A model generated the notes under the pieces. The model was not told the origin of the DNA, ran no database searches, and worked only from the letters and a program-made list of their open reading frames with translations. A stretch of DNA of 53,184 nucleotides, counting the filler, from Basidiobolus ranarum (taxonomy: Eukaryota), in assembly GCA_040143965.1 (NCBI GenBank). It is 2 parts of 2 records of this genome, joined end to end, with 100 filler letters (N's around TTAATTAATTAA, not from the genome) between each part and the next. Parts side by side here need not be neighbours in the genome. Positions count along the whole stretch, not along the records: positions 26,758 to 53,184 come from JASJQH010000131.1; 1 more part is not named here. One strand, written 5' to 3'. Below, piece after piece: positions 27,003-38,738 of this stretch (positions are counted from its first letter, which is position 1; the number at the start of each line of letters is the position of its first letter). Position numbers and translations under genes: made by a program.

Positions 27003-28534
27003 TTTTATACATTTCTCTGGAGCATGTCAGTGGTAATTAGAGTTGTTCAGCAACAGTGGTGTATGGAAGTTACAGTCAGCAACACAACCAGAATAAATAT
27101 CTGAGTGCTTGCATTGGGTACTTGCATTGTCCATCTCAACAGAGCACCTTTGGGCTGTAAAGCTTCATAAACAATTTAGGAGCCCAGTTGAAGACTTGAA
27201 ACAGTTGTCAACAATTGCCTTGAACTTCTACTACCTGATCTGTTAAAGATAATAAATAGTAGTAGTGTGAATGTAAACATTGGCTCCCTTGCTCAGCAAA
27301 TGTGAGTGATGTTAAAAATTACTAAGACTGCTTGCTTAGAGAAATCATCTGAACAAGTTGTTATTCTACCACTTCTTAAGCTCTAGCAAAGAGCATGCAC
27401 AACACGGGGTCAAAGATATTAATATATCACTTTCAAATATTTCACTGAATAGAATTTTGCAGATTAGCACAAAATGTGAAGTTTTTTATGTCTTTGTATA
27501 GATACTTAATTGAATAGCTATTGAGTTATCCATAATATTAATGTAAGTATATTGTATAAAAGTTGTATAGAGTCTGTAGCTATTTATGCTAATGAAGAGC
27601 AATTTCAACTATGATTAACTACAAAATATATAAATAAAGAATTTTTTCAGTTCCAAAATCGATTCTTTTGAATACGTTTCTGTTCTTTTTTGCAGAAACA
27701 ATGTACTACTGCCTAAGTTGCGCCAGCCTTAACCCATACCTAAGTACATATAGAGAAAAACTCCAGGTTCAAGAGAGTTGTTCGGTCCAGACAAACATTG
27801 AAATTGAGCTATTACATGATACTACTATGTTGAATTAGGTCTTTGACTTGGACAACTGAATGAAATCTTGTAAAGATACACCTTGTTGTAACCCTATATA
27901 TACTAAGGCACTAGTGATGTGTATTAATGAAATATACTCTGAGACAGTGCATTGATTGTGACGCCGTGATTAAGAAATTAACTTGACATATAATTGAGTA
28001 TGTTGTTTACATAAACTATCTGGAATGTATAGTATCTAATTGTTGAGGTAAGAATTTGCATTTATGTTAGATAATACTCATGCGTGCGTTCATCTAAGCC
28101 CAATACATAATTGCAAGGCATAACTGAATGGCTGATATATATTTTCACCATATGGTGGATGTTACGCTGTTTGGACTCGTTCAACCATTTTAGAGTGAAC
28201 CATCTATTAATTAGATAGGTTTTGGTAGTTAAAGTTTTATTATATTTATATTCATCATGCCCCACTGCACCTCACTTTACGTAACATGGATTGTAAACAG
28301 GCGAGTAGTAATACGACGCAGATCTTGCTTCTCTAGATATCGGGATATTTAATTTGACTCCATGGCTGGTAAGGGATCGGTATAGGTCGGTATGGTATGG
28401 TATGGCATGTTAATATACAGAGTTTGATCGGAGGGCTTAGAGTTTAGGTGCTTGCTGTATCCAAATGGGCGGTATAAGCAGCTGAAATTCGTAAGTGATT
28501 GTAGCGGCATATCTGAATAAGCATAATAACAATA

Positions 28535-28607
28535 AGTGATAGTGATAGTGATAGTGATAGTGATAGTGATAGTGATAATGATAATGATGATGATGTGATA
28601 GTGATAC
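28535..28607 (+). repeat. Compound microsatellite (AGTGAT)n grading into (AATGAT)/(GAT)n
   Basis: Directly visible; about 7 AGTGAT units. Confidence 0.95.
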
Positions 28608-28760
28608 TTTTCCAAGGAGAGAAAGCTTAGGGTTTTCTATTCGACTAATATATATCGTAGGGTTAGGGCTAACTAACCATTGAACTATGTGCGTAATCAT
28701 ATAAAATTAAGCCTTGTGCAATATCTTGTCCAATACAGACCTGTCAGTGATGCTTATAAC

Positions 28761-29045
28761 ATGAACTTTGCTGAACGTATCATGGAACTAGCTAAGGAAA
28801 ACGTGAGAAATGGTGGTCGTCCATTTGTCAGTTCAAAATGGGGGATTGTCGTGGAGAGTTCTAATCTTGTAGCTCAAATCCATGATCCTACAGCTCATGC
28901 AGAAATACTTGCTGTAAGAACCGCTTTACCTACTACTAAACAGCCTATTAACATGCAAAAGAGATCAGTAACTTTGCGAAAGAGATTAATAAGCAGCAGA
29001 ATCCTAATTGCTAACCTGAGTTCCATGGTTGAAGAGGGAATTTAG
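28761..29045 (+). pseudogene. Truncated CDA-fold nucleoside/guanine deaminase (GuaD-like) relic
   Basis: MNFAERIMELAKENVRNGGRPF...IVVESSNLVAQIHDPTAHAEILAVRTA has the HAE motif. The segment after GRPF is shortened, and no PCxxC zinc motif was found downstream. Confidence 0.8.
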
Positions 29046-29368
29046 TGTGTATATGAAGGCATTGTAGCTGGAAGTAATATTGACCAAGTTGTTTGTTATT
29101 TCGCTATTCTTCTCATCAATATTATGATATAATAGAATGCCACTTAGTAAATAGATGTCAGTAATAATTGAGTTTATGTATTCCAAATTGATCATATAAA
29201 TTACTTAAATCAACAGGAATAATATTCCTAAAAGGAACTTGAAGAAAGTGCAAACATATTAAATATTATTTTTAAATACATTTATTAACTATTGAATGGT
29301 TTGATTTTATATTTTTAAACACAGTTAGTGATGTTGTTAATTAATATCAAATGTGACTTATTTTGTGG

Positions 29369-30655
29369 CTATTTCTTCGCGGAATCACTTGATATTCCAC
29401 CTTCGTTTCTGTTGTCAAAATCTTCTGGAAGTACAATCTTGCTTCCTGATTTTGATCCGTGGTCACTGCAGCTTAGATTCTTTTTCTTTATATAGCAGTC
29501 ATGATTTTCATCTTCAGATCCAGATGATAAACCACTCCCATATGAAACATCACTACTTCTTTCATCAAGTCTAGGCTGCGATTTACCTTTTGACCGAAAT
29601 CCACAATTTCTTCTTTCACATCTTAATGGGCTTCTATTCTCTGGTTGCTCGTCGCTGTGTTTTCCTTCACGTTTAGAGAGAGATTTGTCCTCATATCTAT
29701 GCGGGGGCTTACTTTTCGATTCACTGCTCCAATGTCGACCATGTTTACGGTAATATTTGTCTTTAGGTCCACCATACGAGTATTTTCTTTCATGTCTAAG
29801 CCAATAGCTATCCTCGTTTTCACTATCCCAGTTACTTCCATCCCGAAGTAAGAATCTGTCATCTGGTGCAGTACCCCAAACTCGTCCACCATGTTTAGGT
29901 GGGAATCTGTCGTCAATTTCGCCACCCCAGTGTCTAGCATGCCTAGGTGGAAATGAATTATTTGGCTCCATACCCCAATGTCGTCCACCACTCCTGAGCG
30001 GGAATCCAACATCAGGCCCTAAACCCCAAGGTCCTCCTCCTTGCCTAAGTAGAAATCTGTCGTCGATTTCGCCACCCCAGTGTCTAGCATGTCCAAGTGG
30101 AAATGAATTATCTGGCTCCATACCCCAATGTTGTCCATCACATCTGGGCGGAAATCCAGCATCAGGCCTTAAGCCCCAAGGTCTTCCTCCCGGTCTGAGT
30201 GGAAATCTGTTATGAATTTCACTACCCCAGTGTCTAGCATGTCTAGGTAGGAATCTATTAACAGGTCCCATACCCCAATGCCATCTACTACATCCGAACG
30301 GAAAACCAATATCAGGATCACTACTCCGAAGTCCACCATCACGTCTAGGTGGGAATCCATCGGGGCCAAAACCCCAGCATTTGCCACCCTTCTTTGTTGG
30401 GAAACTACCTGAAGGTTGATCATGAGAGTGTATTTTGTCCTTAGGATTACAATTACAGCGGCCTCCATCATAACTAAGAGGTAATTTTATTTCAGGTTCA
30501 CAATTACATGTAGCTTGAGGATTATTTTCAACAATGAACGAGGAGGTTGATGAAATAACAGCATCACATCTTTCACATGACAAACCAACATCAGGTGTCA
30601 ATTTCGGCATGGAATCACAACGAGACTTACGGTATACTGAACACTTTGAAGGCAT
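29369..30655 (-). CDS. Unknown protein: Cys-rich N-terminus, WG-containing 16-17-aa tandem repeats, basic/Ser-rich tail
   Basis: Uninterrupted 428-codon ORF from the first ATG, GC-richer than its flanks; 150-bp DNA periodicity at 29901/30051/30201. Confidence 0.8.
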   Translation of the reverse strand: MPSKCSVYRKSRCDSMPKLTPDVGLSCERCDAVISSTSSFIVENNPQATCNCEPEIKLPLSYDGGRCNCNPKDKIHSHDQPSGSFPTKKGGKCWGFGPDGFPPRRDGGLRSSDPDIGFPFGCSRWHWGMGPVNRFLPRHARHWGSEIHNRFPLRPGGRPWGLRPDAGFPPRCDGQHWGMEPDNSFPLGHARHWGGEIDDRFLLRQGGGPWGLGPDVGFPLRSGGRHWGMEPNNSFPPRHARHWGGEIDDRFPPKHGGRVWGTAPDDRFLLRDGSNWDSENEDSYWLRHERKYSYGGPKDKYYRKHGRHWSSESKSKPPHRYEDKSLSKREGKHSDEQPENRSPLRCERRNCGFRSKGKSQPRLDERSSDVSYGSGLSSGSEDENHDCYIKKKNLSCSDHGSKSGSKIVLPEDFDNRNEGGISSDSAKK

Positions 30656-30810
30656 TGCTAAGTAGTTTAATTGATAATTGGAAAGTTGGATCACACTCTT
30701 TTATATTTGAATATCTAATCACGTGCTTCCGTAATCAGTCGGACTCGAACTCCGCAGTTCCAAAAATAGAATCCGCAAGTGACTACGGATATTTCTTTCT
30801 TGGACTTTAT

Positions 30811-30892
30811 CGAAGTAAATGGCATATCAAGTATTCGAAGTAAATGGCATATCGAGTGTTCGAAGTAAATAGCATATGCAAATGGCATATCA
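30811..30892 (+). repeat. 25-bp tandem repeat (about 2.7 copies plus a partial) upstream of the WG-repeat gene
   Basis: CGAAGTAAATGGCATATCAAGTATT / CGAAGTAAATGGCATATCGAGTGTT / CGAAGTAAATAGCATAT...AAATGGCATATCAA. Confidence 0.9.
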
Positions 30893-32765
30893 ACTATTAT
30901 TGGCAAAACTTTGAAATATGAAGAGAGTTCGCGTCTAAATAAATTGTCCCCTATTTAGAGTAATACAAATTGGTTGAAAATGAGTTGATATAAACATAAT
31001 GCTCTGCGAATCACACTCTATATGTGCTTCATATCTCTCTCTGACTAAGCTCAAGTTAACAACTGAAACATTGAGTACATAGTATCAGTGATTAAGCAGC
31101 AAAGAAACGTTCAATGGAAGTAGTAGGTTCCATTGTAGATCTGTAATAAGTAATAAATGATGTTTAGTTGTGTCTCATGATATTCACTCTTTACTGTCAA
31201 CTTGCTGTACCAATATTCGCAGCCATTTAATTAATATTACCATAGTAAATGTAGCTCAAACCTTGAGTAAAGTTTAGTTATTTTCCAAATCTTGTATATC
31301 TAACTATTTTATATTTCATATCTAATTTAACGTATTTATTTAGTCGATTATTACTTGGTTCAAAATTGAAACACACATTTAAGCTATATATGCGTTATCC
31401 AAGAGTTGGCAAAGCTGAGCATGGAATTTCATGTTATAAACATAGCTTTATTATTTTTTAGCGTTGCATTCCAAAATATGAATTAACATATATAAATTAA
31501 CATCTCCAACTAGGAATAACTTCAAACTCTCACAACATATTTGCGAGAGTAATGGGATATGGGAATACGAAAGCTAGATAGAATGCTTATATAACCAAGA
31601 TGCGACCTGTGCAGTGATATACTCGAAAGTCAAGCCATTCGGTGAAATGTCGAAATTGAATAATATTTGTAGTTGCATATTGTTTGTAGATTAAGAATTT
31701 TCGAAATATAATACATTATTCAATTCATTGGTATGTTGTTTCTAATGGTAATGATTACCTTTACTTATTAACAACCGATAGTACCATGTTATTAGGCCAT
31801 CAAACTCAATAGGAGTTGCATTACGTAGTAACTTCGACCACATCTGCCAACAAAAAGGCCAGAAATTCATTCAAAGTTCTGAGATGCCGTGAGCAAAGAA
31901 TAGTACAACTATATTCATCTATTTGCCATTCATCCAGAGATAAATTGACATTGTTCAGAGGGGGATATTGGAATCCTTTCTTCTTCTTCAACATCTATAC
32001 CTATTCCTTGATACCTTGGCAGTGATGAAATTTGTCCTCTTTACAATGATAACTACTGGTCCCATTATCAAGGAGTTAGACTGAGGTTGTAACTCTTCTT
32101 TTACAGTCAGAATGCTTAACATTAATAGCAGTATCAAGGATCGAATCCTAGTCAGCTTATACTTACACTCACTTTTTTTTCTAAACTTCTCTGATTGAGA
32201 GTACCGAGGTATATATTGATACTATTTAAGAGACAGCCTATAAGCTGACTACATTTTCTAAACACGTAACTTGTAGGTCTCTTCAGTTACGGCTGAATGC
32301 ATTAACAATTAATCGATTTGGATTTGTTTGGTCTGATTCATTGATCATTGAAAGCGATATACAAACTAGTGATTTGGTAAGCTTATTCAGTTAGTATAGG
32401 TGCCCTTAGCCACTAGCTTATATTAACTAGCATCCGGTACACAGATGTTGCTCTTAATTTTACTACCATGTAAGAAATTCAATTGAGTAACCGTCGGCGT
32501 CTGGAGTGTTAGGGTCGGTGTACGTGATGTGAATAAATGGATCATGCCACAAGGCTTGATTTGGTAATTGATAGTCTAGTGACGAAATAGCCTCAGACAA
32601 TCAATCTTGGGAAAAAGCACTGTTTAGTATTTCTAAAGATATTTGTGAACCATGTTGGCGTCAAGTTTCTGCACAACTAAAAATAGACCAAAGAAGATTC
32701 AACATAAAACCAGCATAGTGTTGAGATGTAGCATTATCCACACTTCCTCTTTTACTACTATCAAA

Positions 32766-33221
32766 ATGAAATCTTTCTTTACCACACTTGCTTTGGGTAC
32801 CTTGATTTCCATGGCCTCTGCTCTTCCCTCCAACATATCGAACCAGTGCGATGGTTGGTCCGTAGCACCGTTAGAGCACACTTCTGGTGTTCAGGACGCT
32901 TTTGCCGCTAAAAATAAGGTTACTTTGAAGTGGAGCATCGACAATTCAAAAGTCAAATACATCAGAGAGATTGATCTAGTGAGCGCAAAATCTGGCGAAT
33001 TTCTTCACACACAACTCCGCCGTTATCCTGGTTTAGAAGCCACCGATGAGCAGGTATCTTTCACACTCTCCGTACCTCTTTGCTTGCAACGGGAGGGTGA
33101 GTATTACCTAGAGGTCTTCGCCAGCACCCCTGGTAATGAGGCTGATTGCTCTTTGAGAACACCTACCTTCAAAATAACCCCAGACCCTAATGGCGATTAT
33201 AGCATCTGTGAATCGCAATAA
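32766..33221 (+). CDS. Small secreted protein, 4 Cys, probable beta-sandwich
   Basis: Signal peptide MKSFFTTLALGTLISMASA; strand-like patterns KVTLKW, IDLV, VSFTL, GEYYLEV, TFKI; intronless. Confidence 0.8.
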   Translation: MKSFFTTLALGTLISMASALPSNISNQCDGWSVAPLEHTSGVQDAFAAKNKVTLKWSIDNSKVKYIREIDLVSAKSGEFLHTQLRRYPGLEATDEQVSFTLSVPLCLQREGEYYLEVFASTPGNEADCSLRTPTFKITPDPNGDYSICESQ

Positions 33222-34742
33222 TCTATTTCTTTCTAATTCCTATCTGTGAGATCTAATTATTTCTAATTCTATAATATTTTATTCTCAACCTCGACTTACT
33301 GTATCCTAATCCAAAAGGTATATATATCTTCCATATGTCTTACATTTAATAAAACGTAGCTAATTCTGGTCAGTAACAAATCACATGTGATCGGAAATTA
33401 TTATTGATTCTCTCTTTTAAAAGAAAGCCTTTAAAAGGAAGCCTCATCACAAATTACCATCTCATATGCTTATTGTAATAAGTTAGCATTATCCGGTTTT
33501 GGACTTCCTATAGTTGAATCACGTAAACAGACACTCCAACTCATGGTATAGGCAAATGTTTACTGGGGATATAGATGTAACACAAAAACTCTTGAATTTA
33601 TTGAAATGAACGCGTTTAGTGGAGGCAATCAAATGCCTTTTGGTAGCAACAACAATCTCTTGTATACTTTATCCTTTATTTCCTTACTGAATATGTCTTT
33701 CCAGTTTTTGTTTTACTTTCCATTTCTCATGTGTGGATAGGGTTTTGCTACAGTAGCTACATACTGGCTTATAATTAGGTCAATTGTGAGGGCACCTTAA
33801 GTAACTATTTAAGAACAATTTGATCAACTCCCTCCAACAGTTTATCTTGCTGTAGCAAATATTCCGCATCATAATTCTCTTGGCAAAAATTGTCGTAGGT
33901 GGTACACATGAGAGAAGCACAAATAATACGTATGTTTGGTTTATATTTCATTTCCCGTACTTATATAGTTTGCTATTCATTTTTTTTCTGCTTTGTACTA
34001 TCTGCAGTCAGTCCAGTTGTATCGGAGTCTGTTATTTATCCAGATCCTTATTCTACTGCAGTAGCAGGCTCTATGTTGTGCATATATGTACATTAAAGTT
34101 CACAGGTTGTATTAGGCTTTCATGTTCAATCACTCTTTTCAGCAACCTTAGCTTAGATCTAACAGTCTCAACTCTAATAGACCAGGATTAAAGAACTCTT
34201 GAGAGTATCTCTGGCCAAGTGGTCATTCAAGTATTTGGGCTTTGCACACTCATTTAATTACATGAAGCTCTGGTTTATTTTATTTGAAGACAGTCACAAA
34301 TGATTGAAAAAGGGTAAAACATCTCCAATATCAAAGTTATTATGAAGTGGGAGAAAATTGGAATGTAAGTGCTAATGACAGCTTATAAGCTCCATGTCAT
34401 GAATGGTAATATGATCACAAGATGATTTGGATTATTTCTACTTTATAGATTAGCACCAACTCAAAGACACTGACTAATCACACCATATAAGTTAGGGGAA
34501 CTTTATTGAATGTATTTTCAACCTATTTCCCCTCTGTTAATCATCTGGTCCATATCTTCATTGGACTTATCTCGCGACTGCCTCATTCCATTGTGTTGAC
34601 TTTAGTCTTACTCTCCACTATGTAATTTATGAAGGAGAAATAGAAATAAGCCTAATGGCGATCAATATCTCACGCTATCAGGGGATTTAACTATATCAAC
34701 CTATGTATTTTGGATAAATGGCCTTTTGGTTGTAGTTTACGG

Positions 34743-34876
34743 TACCTTATCACACACTTGGTATAGCCCAAAAGCACAGTTGGGTTGGGCCTGTCGCCAT
34801 AAGCTAGCGTTTACCGACAGCGGTTTCTCCTCAGAACTCTCAAATTCCCACTCATCAACGGTCCAATGATGCGACC
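34743..34876 (-). pseudogene. Relic of an alkyl/aryl sulfatase (SdsA1/BDS1 metallo-beta-lactamase family) N-terminal region
   Basis: Manual translation gives GRII/(1-nt frameshift)/WTVDEWEFESSEEKPLSVNASLWRQAQPNCAFGLYQVCDKV, matching the family motif GRVVW...TVNPSLWRQAQLN...GLFEV.D.VYQVRG (recalled). Stops on both sides. Confidence 0.75.
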
Positions 34877-36129
34877 TTCAACAATAGGAAGTCTTGCGGT
34901 AATAAGATGGCCCGTTCATTGCTCCTACAACTATTTGAGGATTATATTTATCACTGACCATTTATAGATCTCTTCTTACATCATGAATCAGCTACCCCAG
35001 CTTAAGTACATACTGGGTATAGCATTTGGGTTCTAATTGATGAACCTTTCAGTTACTAGGCGGGATTCACATTGATATTAATACAGGGACTTTGTGCCTA
35101 CAAACAATTCACCATGCTTCAAGCGCTAAGAATCTTTGTGTGACTGTGTTTGAATTCGAAAAATCACTATATCTGTGTAAAATATCTCCCGCGTTCGGTA
35201 CGATCGTCAAATGGTTGTAAGTCAGTGAGTGAGTGAAAAACGCACTATATGATAGCGTGAATACGCTTGACGCATGAGTATTGAACAACTCCGTGTGTAA
35301 TAGACAGCTCTTGATCATCTTTGCATTGAAATTTGCAAGCTCCTCTAATTATTATTGATAGAGACGTGCAATATAATATTATAAAATGACAGCTAACACT
35401 GTGGCAGCTTTACATAAGAGGAAGCACTGGTAGTATAACTATTTTTGACGACTATGTTGCCATACTAAGTACTAATATCAGGTCTAAATGGATTAAAGGT
35501 ATTGTAAGATATGGTACAACATAGGCATAGAATCAGGTGAGGGTACGAATAACTCCTTCAGTAATGTAAATAGACAGTACTGCATCTAAAGGAATAACGT
35601 AAACTATATGACCGCCACTACCACTGTAGATTTCTTACTATGTATGATATACAAGATGGAAGTTATGTCTTTTACAGAGTGTATGTACATATATTGAAGA
35701 ATCTAACACTCGGATACAAGATCATATGGAGCCAAAGTAGAGGTTCAATCATCATTATATTCAAATTGGACATTCTTGCCTCTGTTACCATCGTACTCAT
35801 ACTTTGTGTTCAAGGATCGCCACCCTATGATCCTAAACATACTCATATGTAATAACACAATTGCAATCGGGCTTCGAACTATCTGAAATCCTACGAATAG
35901 ATAGAATTAATTTATTAAGAAGTCTGACCAATGGGTATAGTAAATTGAATAGGAAATCCATTCTTCACATCCTACGAATAGATGAAACCTTGACCGCAAA
36001 TTTTACCAGCCATTATGCAATACAATCAAGTTTCTCCAAAATGGTAAGACAGCGTTGCCATTCTCTGTTCTATGCTCCGTTCTATGAACTTATAAATATC
36101 TCGTATATAGATTTGGTTTCTCCATAATC

Positions 36130-37095
36130 ATGAGTCTCTACAAGCTGGTTGGCATCCTCTGCTCCGCCTCCCTAATTTATGCCGCCCCATATGGAAACGC
36201 AGAGAAGACGCTAAATCGTATCAAGACAATCGTTGTATTTGGGGATTCTTACAGTGACACTGGTAACGTATTTAAACTCACCAACAAGACCTACCCACCC
36301 CCTTACTACTATGATGGTCACTTTTCCAATGGTCGCATGTGGCCTGAGTACCTTCAAGAAATCACACATTGGAAGGTGATAAACTATGCCTATGGGGGAG
36401 CGACAGGCAAGTGAATGTTTTGAATTTAGTTGGAAGTTAGCTTGGAAAGTTATCTAACACCACTTCATGTAGTTAACAACAAGGTCATCCAAGGATACAC
36501 GGGTCCTGGCAATGATATTCCAGTTCCTAGCATTACTGACCAGATTGAGACACATAAGAATTTCCTCACCAGCAACCCAAATGAGTCCAACCCTAGCTCA
36601 ACCTTGTATGTAATTGAACCAGCAGGAAACGATTATTTCTACGGGGGACTTTCTATCTTACCTCAATCAGTAGCCATGAATATTTACAAGGCCTCCCAGG
36701 TGCTCTTTGAGCCACCATTTTCTGGGGAACACTTTTTGTACTTTAACGTTGCATTGGATCATCTACCATATTACTTGGACAACTCAAACGTTACAGTTAG
36801 AAACCACGCACGCAACGATCGAATCACGCACAACAAAGTTTTGAACGACTTAGTCCGCAGCAATTCTAGAGTGAAGGGCAAAGTGTTTGATTTGAATAGA
36901 TTCTTGCAGAAGGAATTGATCACCCCCAAGTATGTAGACCCTGAGATCCCCTGTATCAAAGACTCCAGTACACCTAATGGAGCGCCGGAAATATGCGAGA
37001 ATCCTGAAAAGAAAGTCTTTTGGGACTTGTATCATCCAACCACCACCGCTCACCAAATGATGGCAAAGGCCATCATTAATACCATTGCGCATTAA
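36130..37095 (+). CDS. Secreted GDSL/SGNH lipase-esterase (GC-AG intron 36407-36472)
   Basis: Signal peptide; block I VVFGDSYSDTGN, FSNG, block II YGGAT|V, block III GNDY, block V FWDLYHPT. Confidence 0.93.
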
Positions 37096-37155
37096 CTTCA
37101 CAAAAAGCTATCATTAATACCATTGCGCATTAACTTCACAAAAAGCTATCATTAA
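37073..37155 (+). repeat. Perfect 38-bp tandem duplication spanning the GDSL stop codon
   Basis: TCATTAATACCATTGCGCATTAACTTCACAAAAAGCTA x2 (37073-37110, 37111-37148) plus TCATTAA. Confidence 0.95.
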
Positions 37156-37634
37156 CTTCATTAATAAAATGCGGGTGTTACAAACCACAGTACTATTGAT
37201 ATACATTAAGAGGCTATCTATTCATCTCCGACAAATGAAACTTCTCTTAGAATGCACGAACATATGATAACGAACGAGAACTAGATAATGGCGCTTAACT
37301 CAACTACATGATCAACAGAATGATGATATAATGTTAGTCATTCGCCATGTAAATTTACTACTTTTCTCCATCACTCTTTTTAAGCTACAACTCTAACCTA
37401 ACTGCTATTTACTGTATCTTTCATCAAAACTTACATAAACTATATTACCATGATGGAAGGATGAAATATATTAAGATACAGCATTTCGATTCCTTCGTGT
37501 CGTATTGAGTCTCGAAGAGTTGTTACTCCACTTGTTCAACAACACCAACAGTGAGGCTGGTCGAAAGAATCAATTGAAAGTTGCTTTATTTCCAATTAAT
37601 AACTGTGATAAATTTGAGCGATTGATTATCAGCC

Positions 37635-38738
37635 CTATTTCTGTAACGCATTCTCCACAAAAGTCCATATACGATTAGCAAATTCTATTGCAAACGGGTC
37701 TTCTTCACCAGGTTTCACATCATCTGAATCAAAACCATGATCATAATCACCCTCTACGATCCAAAGGTCATGTGAAAATCCTTTCTTTTGGAGTGCCTCT
37801 GCGACATCAACTGACTGAGCGTAGGGAGTATACCGGTCATTACGTGTATGAATGAGTAGGGTAGGAGGGTAGCTATTAACTGACGCTATAACATGGGGTA
37901 TCACCCATTTACGTTGAATTTCCTCTATTGGGGTGTCTTCCCCATATACGTATTTCAAGTAGGTGCCTTCCTGTGCCATGTAAGAAAACGCCTTGGCTCT
38001 ACCTTCGAATTGGGTAGCTTTGATGTTGAGTCCTAGGCTAGGGTGTGAGGAAGGAACACTCTTCTCATCCAAGTACTGAGCAACCTCTTCGAATGGTATT
38101 AAGCTATCCCTACCAAGTGGTGGATTTGGCTTAGTTGCAGTGTTTACGTTAGGATGAGTGGGGTCAGCCATAGGATATAAAGCTATGATAGCTTTTGGTG
38201 GGGGATCCAAATAGAGGCCAGTAAGTAGGGCTAAGTATCCACCTATATAAACATTCATTTAACGCTTTGTGAGTTTATGAATTTGGTGGTGAAAATTACT
38301 TGAAATTCTCTTACCTGAACTTCCACCTGCGATAACAATACTTTCGGTATCTACTTTTTCAGGGCCAATCTGTTGGGGTAATTCGGACTTTGCCCACTCT
38401 ACCACATCTTTTACGTCTTGGAAAATCTCCTCTATCTTGACCTGTGGGGCCAAACGATAGTCAGCATTAATGACAATCATTCCACGCTTCGTAGCCTAGA
38501 AAAGAAATTCCAATTTAACCGAAAGTCATGTACTAGATTAAAGATATGTAGTTACAGAATAGAACACATGCTCTCCAACGTTATGTCGATTATCAAAAAC
38601 CAGGGCACCGAGATGAAAGAAAATTAACACCGGTGCTTTTTTACCAGTAAAATTTGGTAAATATACATCAGCGGCTACTTCACAACCTTTAGAATCTACC
38701 TTGTAGATGTAAGTTTTTGCTTCTGTAGTTGGAGGCAT
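37635..38738 (-). CDS. Alpha/beta hydrolase fold-3 (HSL-like) esterase, 2 introns
   Basis: PVLIFFHLGAL, ADYRLAPQ, nucleophile AGGSS|GGYLA, PPTLLIH...D, DHGFD. Confidence 0.9.

Noticed and set aside
28349-28700. ORFs with ITITIT / HYHYHY runs
   Set aside because: Translations of the AGTGAT microsatellite
29880-30330. Regularly spaced repeats as a CRISPR-like array
   Set aside because: The intervening sequences are themselves homologous, the period is a codon multiple within an ORF, the context is eukaryotic, and no cas genes are present
31930-32030. Minus-strand RYQGIGIDVEE resembling a phosphopantetheinyl transferase motif
   Set aside because: A single short motif followed by stops, with no KES/KEA motif; chance cannot be excluded without BLASTx
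32100-32160. GGATCGAATCC resembling a tRNA T-loop
   Set aside because: No acceptor, D or anticodon stems could be built; no tRNA or rRNA recognised anywhere in the window
33600-34300. Coding-like, stop-riddled minus-strand sequence (possible TE or gene relic)
   Set aside because: No recognisable domain motif, so it cannot be supported as a feature
35888-35983. 15-bp direct repeat ATCCTACGAATAGAT upstream of the GDSL gene
   Set aside because: Only two copies, with no TE structure between them; function not supportable
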